Assembly (NCBI GenBank): GCA_001687465.1
Contig: LVLI01000319.1
Span: 1-64,000, forward strand
DNA length: 64,000 bases
DNA from: Halocafeteria seosinensis
Taxonomy: Eukaryota
Reading direction: 5' to 3'
Positions 11,401 to 22,721 of the stretch are shown piece after piece. The first letter of the stretch is position 1. Every line of letters begins with the position of its first letter. Position numbers and translations under genes: made by a program. A model generated the notes under the pieces. That model was not told the origin of the DNA. It searched no databases and saw nothing but the letters and a program-made list of their open reading frames with translations.

Positions 11401-14400
11401 GGGACATCATATCGACTGCAGCATACTCAGCAAAGGCAGAGAACCTATCCAAAATACATTTAGCAGTGTTAATCTTTCCGGAGAAAGCGGCATAATGGAG
11501 AGCTGATAACCCTAGCCGGTCACGAGCATCACAATGGCTTCCATGACTAATAAGCAGCTCAACGATATTCTCGTTTCCTTGCATTGCAGCAATGCTGAGA
11601 AGAGCGGTACCATTTTCATCGGGGCTATTGGCTGACGCTCCTCTTGATAGCATCCACTCTGCCAACTCTGGGTATTCATAGAGCACTGCGTAGTACAAAG
11701 GTGAACGGCTTAAGCTATCTCGTAGTTTTAGAGCTTCCATAACCTGCTTGGTTTGCTTATCAAATAGTTTTTGCAAGTAATGGAAATTTCCCCGCGAAGA
11801 ACATATAAAAACCAGTGACTGCACCAAACCACGACGGAATAGTGGGATTTCTGCTTGCCTGTCGCGAAGAACCTCGGCTTCACCCGCGGCCAAATCTTTA
11901 TCAAGCCCCGTCATTTCCATGCCCTCTGCATCTCTATCCTTCTCGATGGTGTAACCCGTAACCAGCATTGTTTTCACCAACTGTGAAGCATTCTCTCTGT
12001 TCATCTCTTTCTCAGATTCACTCAGAAGTTCATATGGTACCAGCATTGGGGAAGTCTCAGCATTCTGATCCAAGTAGTGACTGCGAACAGGAGCATATGA
12101 GAAACCAGCAGATATTTTGCTTTCTGCCCACGTTTCATGCATGTTCTTTGATAAGAGCTCGACCACATTGACAAGTTCATCCGTGAGCTCAACATCACTT
12201 GTATCCACAGGTTCAGGGACATATTCGGACCCATCCGTGCTCATTGCCGCATCCTCTGTCTGTTTTCTGTTCAAAGGCTTACTGTCGTATCCGGGAGCAC
12301 TATCCCTGATGCTTTGATTCCTCTTTTCAAAGAAGACATTGTAACCTAGCGCTTTGATGACACACACACTTTGTTTTGCTGACTCTCGATCCCATTTTTT
12401 TTCTTCCTCGGAAAGCATCCAGTATGGCCTCAGACCTGGAAGACGGGATGGAGAACAGCACCCATCATAGCAACTTATGCGGTGGACGTGTTACTTTTAA
12501 CGTACCTGGATGAAGCTTTTTGGTATTATCGCGGACTTCCCCATATCTCCAGCCACCACGAATTTTCGATGCTCCCCATACTTCGTGGCTGTTACGAGCC
12601 AACTCTTCAACGAGTTGAAACAACTCAGAACCTTCGCTAAAATCTACATCATGAACCTGACTAATATCAATGGGCTGGGGGTGAAACCGATACCCTTGTC
12701 GCTCTCTTTCGTTGACCATGGTGATAGAACGGCAAGTCTTTCTCGAGCACTCACAGTGCCCCTCGACGAGACCCAGCCGGCGACATTGACTTAGCCAGGT
12801 GTCGTTGCACTGGAAGGCACAAACTAAGCAAATACGCTTTCCCGAAGAAGGGAGCTGGTACATATATTGCGTCAAAGGCAGCCGACCGGAAGTCATAGTA
12901 AAGGAACAGGTGCCAGTGTATTCAATCCTCGAGAGTAGTTCCAGGAACGCGTCGTCTAGTCTTACGTCATTTGCTGAATCCCGCAGCATAGTGTGGGCGG
13001 TCACGGCATCTCCTGACAGAAGAAGGAAATGTAAAAACTCCGAGGCATAGTCTCCACGGCATTCAAGGCACTGGAATCCAAGACGGCATAAAAACCTGGC
13101 ACAGGCGAAGTGCCTTTGAAGGATGGCAAAGTCCAAAGGAGTGTAATGACGCCCACGAATTTTCATTACGTAGGACTCATAATCTGCCTGATCGTCTACT
13201 AAGACAGGGATGCTGCTGGGAATCCCACTCCATGCAGCGATGTGTAAGTTCGAGGGTGTTAGGATAGATGTTTTTTCATCTACCATGGGTTTGCAGTGAT
13301 TCAACAGGAGTGGCATATATTTGCCCAAGATAGACCTCCATGGTATTAAGGACGCTATCTCACTACAGACGGAAAAGTGCACGGCATTCCAGCTCCACGT
13401 GTCAGATAAGACGAGTAACCGATATCTTCTTTCTAGAGACGGCTCCTCGAGAAGCAGATACTGAATGAGGTCCGCGTATCTCCTCAATGGCACCTTTCCT
13501 TCAGTTGCGAGAGGCGCACTAAAGGCTAGGGTTAGCGCACTGTGTCTCGTGACCTTTGCCTGGTAGCGCAGTACTTCGGCTGTGGCGATATCTAGTTTCG
13601 TGGCTGCCTTCAGAAGGAGAGTTGCCAGGGATATGTCGCCTCTTAAACAGGCGAGCATCATTGGCGAGAAGCCACAGCGAGAATCAGGAGTGTATAGCGT
13701 TCTTGATAGCAACCGTTTATGCTTGAGTACCATCTCTAGCAAAGACGATCTGCCCCGTTCACACGCCAAATGAACTAAGGATTTCCCGGAGCCTGTTCGC
13801 ACATTGGGGTCGATGTCGAACATACTGAAAAAACGGTGAGCTAGCGACTCCGACAACCATGTGATCGCAATATGAGCCATATTGAGCCCGTATGGTTCAA
13901 TGATGGTATCAACTTCCCGTGAAGTTAAATCTTCGCAAAGAATAGACAGCTTCGCCACCGTAGAGCACCTCTGAAATTCATATAAATAGTAAAAGAGTGA
14001 TGGTCGGGTTTCATGGCACTTCCGAGTGCTTTGAGACTGATATTTCAACCATGTTTTTAACGAGGATGTGCCTCCAAGCTCAGAAGCATCAATCGCCTCA
14101 AGTTCTTCTGAATCGGCGCTTTCCACAGGCAATCTTCCGAGGGTCTCCGACGCTGTGGACGATCGCCTACGATACATCGAGGATCTTCTGGGTGTCTTAC
14201 CGCTTGGGAAACCCAAATCCCCCGTCCCTTTGGCTGCGAGCGTTTTTAAAGTGTCCTCGGTAGAGACCCACTCGACATTTATCTCGGAAAGTTGCTCTAA
14301 CATGCTCGTGATGGCTTCGTCATTCTTTGGGCAGATACCGTCAGAAAACACGAGGGTGCGAAGGTTAGGAGCCACCCGCTGGATATCTTTGACGGCGGGC

Positions 14401-14957
14401 GCAAGGCATTTATCAGTAAGAATGCCTCCAATGTAACACTCTTTGACATCATGGTCGTGTAAAATCTTCTGCAAGGACGGTAAATCTCGTTCTGCTGACG
14501 ACACAAGTGACCACCCGGAGTCGGTAACTTTGATACGAGTGGACAGACGAAAATCAAGCGGGTGCACTTCGGTATCATCATGTAGCAATGCACCAGAGGA
14601 ACCAAACACACAATATGGCGTTTCGTTTCCCGCAGCCTCTGACGTTTTAAGTTTCCCGGCGTTGCGTTGCATATCGTTGAACCTAAAATCCTGGTGGTTG
14701 ATGGGATGGTCAATACCAAAGAAAAATACGTAGTCCCAATGTATCGCACGCCGAACGAGTGAAAGAAGCTGGATACACTCATGTGCATCTTCGATGGGGC
14801 GCCTTCCTCCTTCGACAAAGTCTTTCTGGAAACAAGCACAGGGAGATTGAATCATGGGTAGTCGGACTCCTCGCAGACTTTTCACACTTACCTGCAAATT
14901 GAGCAGACAAAGTGCCCTGACGTTCTCCGAAGGTTGCGGAGGCGGGACATCCCCCAT
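8447..14957 (-). CDS. Multidomain polycystin/TRPP-type cation channel: nicotinamidase-like domain + ankyrin repeats + Cys-rich Zn-finger-like segment + RyR repeat pair + ankyrin repeats + PKD channel (PKDRR-like); introns approx. 14826-14891 and 12436-12505
   Basis: ORFs 14987-12465 and 12418-8447 splice in frame to give KKLHPGLRPYWMLSEEEKKWDR, which completes RyR repeat 1. RyR repeat 2 is YVPEPVDTSDVEL...LSKNMHETWA...MLVPYELLSESEKEMNR. Ankyrin motifs are present (G-T/S-A/P-LH-AA-G type). The polycystin TOP domain shows TRFASVDFTIYNPNINTF, followed by NGWNWLE, pore FGTENPEFTSVLRSFYSLF and S6 LNLFVGIV. One N base at 8785. Confidence 0.9.
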
Positions 14958-16155
14958 TTTCCCCTTGTGGAAGCGTTGTAGACGCAAACACAGACAATAT
15001 TAGCTAGGCTGCAAATTCCAATACGGGAAAGATCCCTACCGGGACAGAAGCCAGTTCTCGCCGCCGCTAGTGCTGGTCGTTCGCACGCGCCTCTTTGGGT
15101 CTTTGCAGGCCGAGCAAATACACTCTTTTACACGATTTCCCAGTTCGTTGATCAGTGAGTGCCCAAACAGACTTGTGTGTATGCATCAACCGGATAGCGC
15201 GGGAGGAACCAAAATCGCAACGAAGCTTTTGCTCTCAAATATGAGGCCACCAAGCAACAAACACACGCTTTGGGAGAAACGAGTTGCAAATGTAGGCAGA
15301 GTGCGTCTTGTTTCTGTGTTGTAGGCGCTCTGTTTGCGGGCATAACAAACACAACAAGGTGCCCTTTCCTTTTTTGTGTGGGTCGCGCCTGTCGGCCTTG
15401 GTCGCAACAGGAAGCGCCTGCACATGGCATTCGCTGGTGTGTCCACAGCTAGTTGACTGCGCCAGCTATGCACGCATAGATCGTGGCACAAGAAGCGCAT
15501 AATCTAAAACATCGGTAATTATGCTATTCTCATATCCATTGCCTTCCAGTGGCGAGTTGCCAGTCCCCGCATCCGCTCATTTGTTCACTGTCCAGACATA
15601 CAATGATACGAATTACGAAGCGAATTCGTTTCATAGCATGCATCTGGTAGATGCGCTCTTCCATACATATGAAGGGTGCCGTTCCGGCTCGTGTCCTATG
15701 GTCCATGGAAGTGGATGCATACAGGTCACAAGTGGCAGCTTCCAACAGGCATTGCCGTTCAGACCACTTTCCTGTTACCATCCATATTGAACTCTGCCAA
15801 TTGGCATCATCATGTGGACACCGTGGTTGCGAGCGTCCTAGAGGCATTCAGATAGTTCCTTCCGAGGCGATGCCACCACTGGCGCGTAGACACGCATGTC
15901 AGGAGATCTTCCTTCTGCACCAACTTTTGCAGGGAAAAAGTAAAGTACAAGTTTAATGGTTCCGTCAGTTCGATTTTTCAGCATTTGCCGTACGGGTTTC
16001 CTTATTAGCAGTACCTACTAAAGGTAAGCATTTGTGAATTAGACTTTGTGAAGTTGGCTAACTTTCGCTGCTGGAAGACTGTGCAATTCAATGACATACA
16101 GTATTTGTGGAGCTATACTCATACTGACGCCTTGCTCAGGATAGTTCGCATAGTC

Positions 16156-19100
16156 ATGGGCAGCCAATGCCGTCAAATTGGAAGGTATCATCATCTTCTA
16201 AAACAGGCTCTGGTGGATCCAGGTACGTAGACTCTGTTGTCAAGAAGTCGATGAAGTTTTCCACGACTCTTACATGGTAGCAAGGATACTGTCTACACAT
16301 TTTGTCCCATTTTGTTTCTGTATCAGGCTATAAAAGAGCTGTGCTGGTTGATCTTCCCTATGGATGCGGAAAGAGATCTGCAACCCTGGATAGGGTGCTA
16401 AGTCGAATTGGCCACTCAACTTCGGGACGACGTATCGGGGAATCTGACGTAGCATCTCGTACTGCCATTGTCTCGAACTCTTTCATATCACAATGGTTTC
16501 AAGATCGACTGATGGAGCACGCAGGCTGGGCGGGTATGGAAGTGCGCACAGGAAGTCTTCCGATGATACTGTTGCAACTTATGCACGACAGCGTATTTCA
16601 AGCCGTATTTGAACAAGGACCGTTTCCTCAGACCCTGTCTTCCACAGACGCCCAATTGACTATGCATAGGCATCTAAGTGAAATCTCACCTAATTTGAAT
16701 GCCAATTGGCAGTTGTCAACAGACAAGCTCGCCAAGGAGTTGTATTGGCATTTTTCGCGATTGCAGTGGCATGGGGTAGAGCCGTCTGATTACTTGGCCT
16801 ACACTGCGCAAACTTCAGTGAATGACATGACTGTAGGGCAACACAAACGGTTAGCATACGGGTATGCAAAGTGGAAGCAGATCAAAGAAGACAACAATTG
16901 GATAGAGTATTCTGATGTATGTAAATGGGTGAGCAGGGCGATCCGCGACACACCGGAAGCAAAGACTCTGCTGCTGGGAGAAGTGTCTTCATGGGTTTTT
17001 TACGACGTACAAGATCTGCCGGTGTCAGCATTGCAGTTCATAGACTCCTTAATTGAGGGAACAGATAAAAGTACCTTTGAAATTGCAGCTGTGGGGAATA
17101 GTAAAGCGACAGTCTCCCATAAGAATAGTGCAGATTTATGTCTTGCTGATATAGCAGACTTGTTTCGGAAGAACTTTGCAAGGGAAGATATAACGATGAT
17201 AGATAAAACTAGCCTGCCGAAGAATGACTCTGTGTCACCGACAGGGCTGAAATATGTTGCTAATTCAATAGCGGACGAGGCCTCTGTTGAGTATGCCAAC
17301 GCGTGGCGTCTTGTGGACGATGCTCGGGCCTTTAAGCGGCTGAGGGTGGAAATAGATGGAAATGAGGCGTATATAAAGTCAGTGATGGAGTACATAGAGT
17401 ACCCCTCCGCCATAGAAGAGCTGTACGCTATTCCGGGTGCAATCTTGGAGAAGTTGCATGGAGTTGAACCTGATTGCTCTTTCCGGGTCAAGGTGATTGC
17501 CAAGTCTCAAGGAGATGCGGAATTCATTGCCGAGCGTCTACAAAAAAACGTAGACCAAGATAATACCCTTAAAGCAGTAGTGGAGTGTGATGGCATGCAA
17601 GACATTCAAGAGTTTCCTATTACGCAGTTGATCGGGAGTTTCATCGAATTGATGGCGTCTCCTCGGATGGAATTACGCAAGGATGCTTTCACACGTTGTA
17701 TGCTAAGCTTTCTGGAGATCGCACACCTCATTGAAAATGCATCCTCGGATGACCATGATGAAGAGCTTATACAGTCTTATATAAAAGCAGGATTAATTAA
17801 TAAAGACTTCTTCAACTCATTGGAAAATGCTGATGGTCATAAGAAACTGAGCAAGTTTGTCGGAGCTTTACATAGTTCTTGGGAACGTCGCATGACAACG
17901 GAGCCTGCAGTAAATATAAACAGTATGCTTAAAGAAAGCGGGCTTCTTGAGCGCCTGCTGTCACCGCAAGTACAGCTTGAAACCCAATCAGCGGAGGTAA
18001 CAGCATTCCTACTTCAGAAAATCCAAGACACTGTGAAAGTTTCTTCTCGGGGCGATTACATCGGAGCAAAGTATGAAGCGGCGGATGCGGCCCTTAAGAA
18101 CCTACTGATAATCAAACCTCGAGTACCATCGGCTGGTGACGTTTCTCCGGAAGGTGAAAGGACAAACAAAGTGTTCGTCACTTCCCTTCGAGAACATGGA
18201 GCTTCGGAGTTCTCCGATTGCGATTGGTTGTTTATTTGTCAAATGTCTGATCAAAATTGGCCAGGAAATAGGTATCCTGCATATGCTCCAATACCTTGGC
18301 AACTTATTACCATCAAATCTGATGGCGTAGAAAAAACAGCGGGAGGCGCCGCCCGCACTCGCACACACCACGTGGCAGCTGAACGTCGCAGATTGGCGAA
18401 GTTTGTATCGTCGGCTCGAAAAGGTGTCGTCTTTTCTAAAGGAAACACAACCGATGAAACTCGTCATAATGATAACAGCAAGGGGCTTTTGGGAACTATG
18501 AAACTTTCGGGAGGGCCGAAACGCGCCTCTGTGAAAAACACGTTTCCTCGCAGGAGCCGTCTTATAGACTGCCTGTTCACCGAGAACAGCGAGCAACTTG
18601 TAGGCGGCCCCTCTGTCAATACGGCTGCTACTGGTATATTGGTGAACGATGACAGCAAGCTTATATGTGCAAATCCAACTCCGGTTAATATTGATTATAT
18701 ATCGTTTTCCCAGCTCTCGGAATATCTCTCATGTCCCTACAAGTACTATCTCAAACGAATCGCTGGAGCAGATAGTAACGCAACGGAGGCTATGCAAAGG
18801 GGCACAGCTCTTCACAAACTATCGGCTGCCTCAAGTACATGGCTTCGTGACTCTGTTTTAGACAAATTGGGTGTAATAACGCTTCCATTTTTCAGTCAGC
18901 TGCAGAATGTGGTTCCTGTGGAAGCTCCGAAGGAATCTGTGGAGGAAGTTATGACGAAGACTTGGGAGGACCTCGTTGGGATGCTTGTGGAGGAAGATGA
19001 GCCACTTAGTGACTTCATCTCTAATAATGCCTTAAACCGTAAGAATAGATTGGATGAATGGATAGCCGAAACACGATGGGAACGGTTTGATAGCGAAGAA

Positions 19101-19699
19101 GCGGCGACTTCCCCACTAGTTCCTCTGTACATTGAGCAGCCATTCGAGACAAAGCTACCTTTAGGTACGGGGCAGGAAGTGCCCGTAGTAGGAATCTTCG
19201 ATAGAGTAGATGTACCGGTAGGGATGCTATACCTTTGGGCACATAGCGACAAAGTTCAAGACGAGGCGCTTGCTTCGCATTTGTCGATTATCGAGCTCAA
19301 AAGTGGAGAGAGCTGGAAGCAACAGGTGAGGTCATCGGCTTTGTTGCCGTTTGAGGATGATGCAAATATGCCGACTAATGTTTTATTATGCTTTCTTGCG
19401 TATGTATAACATACATGCAGGTGACAAATTCATGGCAGCCACCATTGTACTTTGCGGCCTTCTCGAAAATTTTCGGTCAGGCACCTCACGATTTGGTCTT
19501 GCAAAGAATCGAAACAGGAGAAGCTCGCTCTATCGAAAGGGCTACATTACAGAGTAATAGTGCTGAGCTAGTAAGACGACCACTTATGCAAGCTTTAGAT
19601 GGTATCCAACACAAGCGGTTTGACCCCACTCCCGAGGCATGGAAATGTCGGTTGTGTACAGTAAAAAACAGTTGTCCGCACTCTGCCGCAACTGACTAA
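16156..19699 (+). CDS. UvrD/AddAB/AdnAB-like protein: degenerate SF1 helicase + C-terminal Fe-S PD-(D/E)XK (RecB/AddB/Cas4-type) nuclease; start uncertain, introns approx. 16223-16327 and 19326-19420
   Basis: Relic helicase motifs: VLVDLPYGCGKRS, FYDVQD, AVGN, VFVTSLREHGASEF, AERRRLAKFVSSARK. Nuclease motifs: ISFSQLSEYLSCPYKYYL, RGTALH, IEQPF, GIFDRVD, IIELKSG, QPPLY, CRLCTVKNSC. Confidence 0.85.
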
Positions 19700-20318
19700 T
19701 TGAGCCTCCACAGTCACCGGAGAACTGATGATTAATGTTTCTACGAATAATCTAATAAACAGCATTACACATTTTCTCTCGTATTTTGCCCAGATCTGGT
19801 AACAACTGTACTGTACGACGTCGACGACTTCACTTTGGAACAGTGGAATTCATCTGTATCACACATGAGTTGTAAAGGAGCGAGTTTAATCTACAAGACG
19901 TATTCTGCAAGTTAAATGCGTCATTCAATAGATAAACCGGTTAATTTCATCTGATTCCATGTTTGCTTGACCGATTTCAAGACTTTGCGCGCCTTCCGTG
20001 CGGAAAACGGGATCCCAACGGTGCTCGCACAAGAAAGCCAGTGGTGTGTAGTTCGACAAAGCCTGGTTGTTTTTGACGCATTTTCGCCAGGGTTCAAGGA
20101 GTGGGAGATATCGTTTCTATTTGACGTTTTCTGGTCAGATAGCCGCTTTCACTAGTGTTTCCTGTTTGCTCTCTCCTAAGGGGTGTATGTTTTTCGCGGG
20201 CTCTTTATTGGTAGAAACAATAAGACTACTTTTCCGGTTTCTCAGACGCGCGAGTGTGGTATTTCATTGCAACTGCAAGGACGAAAAGACCAAGTAAACG
20301 ACTTCTGTTTGTGCAAAA

Positions 20319-22599
20319 ATGGGAGCCTGTAATAGCAAAAAGGCTGTAAGCCCAGACAACCAGCCGGAGCAACGTAAAGATACCGGCAAGGAACAGTCCT
20401 CCACCACTCCTGCCCATCAGCCAGTGAACAACACTGATGCCGATGAGAACCAGGAGCAGGATCAGTCACAGAAGGAAGAGGTGCAAAATGAGGTATGTGA
20501 GAAGGCCTTGATCCCAGCGATCTTTCGAGCAAGTTGAAGTTGGGCACACTCGGAACTCTATTTTTTGATTCTGCAGGGGCAGCCAATCCCAGCTAAGGGT
20601 CGTCGGTGGTCTTCGACACAAGAGATGGAATCCCAAGATGCTGGACAAGCCGCCATTCAGTCGGAAGTCGAGGAGGCTGCTCAGGGTGGAATTACTAAAA
20701 TCCTGAAACTTATGAGGGATAAGTCGGAGGATCCTTCTTACCAGTGGTGGTGCTGCGACGCGATAATTGGACTTTGTGCTGGTGATGGTATGAAGCACTC
20801 CCAATGATTTCACTGTTTTAGTCACTTTCAAAAAGTATGAGTTTGGGTTATCTCCTGCAGAAGATAAGCGAGCAGAGCTGTACTCCCAAAAGGGAGTGGG
20901 TGATGTGCTCAATGCAATGAAACTTTTCCAATGGGATGAAAATGTTCAAATGAAAGCTTCAAGCGTGTTGCAGGCGATGTCTTCCGACTATGGTACGGAT
21001 CGCTGACTAAGTGTTGTTGTAGTCGGGTTTTATGCTTACAATGCTGAACCTGACGCAGGTGAGCAAATTGGCAAGGCCGGTGGCGTAGCTGCTGTCCTTG
21101 AAGCGATGAAGAGCTGTGCGGATAGTTATCAGGTCCAGGTTAGCGGACTGAAAGCCCTTCAAGGCCTTGCTGACCACAGCCGTGAGAATTTGTTACGCGC
21201 CAGGGCTTTGAAGGGTCTTGACGTACTGAATGACACCCTTGACAACCACCCTGAAGACGGTCAGTTGCAATACCGAGGACAACACCTGGTGGGTATGTTA
21301 CAGAGTCTATCGGAGGAGGAAATGGAGCGTCTTGATTCTTTAACGGGGAGCCGTTCGAATCCTTGGAGCAAACTTCGTGTGGCTGTGTTCGCTGGCAAAG
21401 CTAAAGAAATTGCCATGGGCAATATACCAGGAATGCACGGAATTAGTGGACAGGTTGCTAATGCCTTGCAAGAAAAGGGAGTTGAGGCTGTTCTGGACAT
21501 GCTGGTCTACAGAATGGCTTCAACAGAAGCGTGCCATTGGTGTCTAGATGCGCTCGCTACGGAAGCACATCAGAGCGAAGAGATTCGACAACGAATTGTG
21601 AATTACGACGGAATCAAAAAATCGAGGGTTGCCGCGAGGCGTCATATTTGGTCGGATGATGTGCAATTCAAGGCGTTTTGGCTTTGGGCAGCGCTCTCTG
21701 CCGATTACCCGAAGGAACTTGGAGAAAACAATATCATTGACGCCATTGTTGAGGGAATGGTCAAATGCGAGACTGACTATCTGACGCAGTCACAAGCCGT
21801 TAAAGCACTCCAAGGTATACTAAGACTAGAAATGAACCGCGTCCGAGCTGTAAGGCTCGGCACAACCAAGAGAATTTTCCATGCCTTAGAAAACAACATT
21901 GATGATGGAGAGCTCCAGTGGAGAGGGATGCAATTGTTGGAAGGGCTAGAGCGTGGTAGTTCGGCCAACATTCGGGAGAAGGTGGTCTCCAGAACACAGT
22001 CCGGAGCCGGTATGGCAGCTATGCGGTCTGAAGCCCGCGAGAGAGTGCGCGACACTTCCAGTAGACACAGCAACCGGTCTGACGAGATGGCTGAGCAAGT
22101 AGACGAGGACAACCTCGACGACCTCGTGGACGATGGGGGCAATCGGGTGGAAGAAGCTGAAGAAATTCCTGCTGCGGATCATCAACAAAACGATGACGAT
22201 GGGAACGAGGACAACAGTGGGAACAATGAAAATGTGGAAACTACAGACAATGCTGAAGGTGACGGTAATCCTGGAGATGCGCTTGGTGAAACGAAGACCG
22301 GCGATGCTGAAGACGACGTTGGCGATGCCGCTGGACAAGAACAAGAAGGCGCTGAGTCTGAAGAAGAAGAAGAAGCAGATGCTCTGGGTGAAACTAAGAC
22401 GGATGAAGATAGAAAGAACGACGAAACGACTGATGAAACCAAGGCATCTGACGGAGAACAAGATGAGGGAGAGGAGAACGACGCAGCCAATACTGATGAA
22501 GGAGATCAAGGCGCTGACTCTGCCTCTAAGCAGGATGATGAAAATACTAATCAAGAAGCAGCTCAGGAAGAAGGTGCACCTACATCCCAAGACGAATAG
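20319..22599 (+). CDS. Armadillo-repeat protein with predicted N-myristoylation/palmitoylation (MGACNSKK) and acidic C-terminal tail (multi-exon)
   Basis: MGxCxSK start, repeats of the GxxxVLxAMxxxxxDxxVQxxGxxAL type and a D/E-rich last ~170 aa; GT-AG introns join the ORFs at 20319, 20565 and 21106. Confidence 0.8.
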
Positions 22600-22721
22600 A
22601 AGACTTGTTTGCAATTATCCACTGTCAGTGAATAAATAACCCACATGTAGGAATATCATTCGTGCCTACTACCGGTAGTATAATAACCAAAAGCCCTGCT
22701 TGTCATCATTCATTGAGACTT

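Noticed and set aside
12419..12505. Break between two long ORFs as a frameshift or two separate genes
   Set aside because: A canonical GT-AG intron (12505-12436) restores a continuous RyR repeat.
15000..16100. Several short overlapping ORFs between the channel and the nuclease gene
   Set aside because: No recognisable motifs or consistent exon chain; treated as a divergent intergenic region, although a small gene cannot be excluded.
18695..19699. Cas4-like nuclease suggesting a CRISPR system
   Set aside because: No repeat-spacer array or other cas genes. The domain is fused to a UvrD-like region and contains a spliceosomal intron, which fits an AddB/AdnA-like protein.
21350..21365. gttcgaatcc tRNA T-loop/B-box-like motif
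   Set aside because: It lies within the ARM protein coding exon and no cloverleaf is evident. No tRNA or rRNA gene was recognised in the window.
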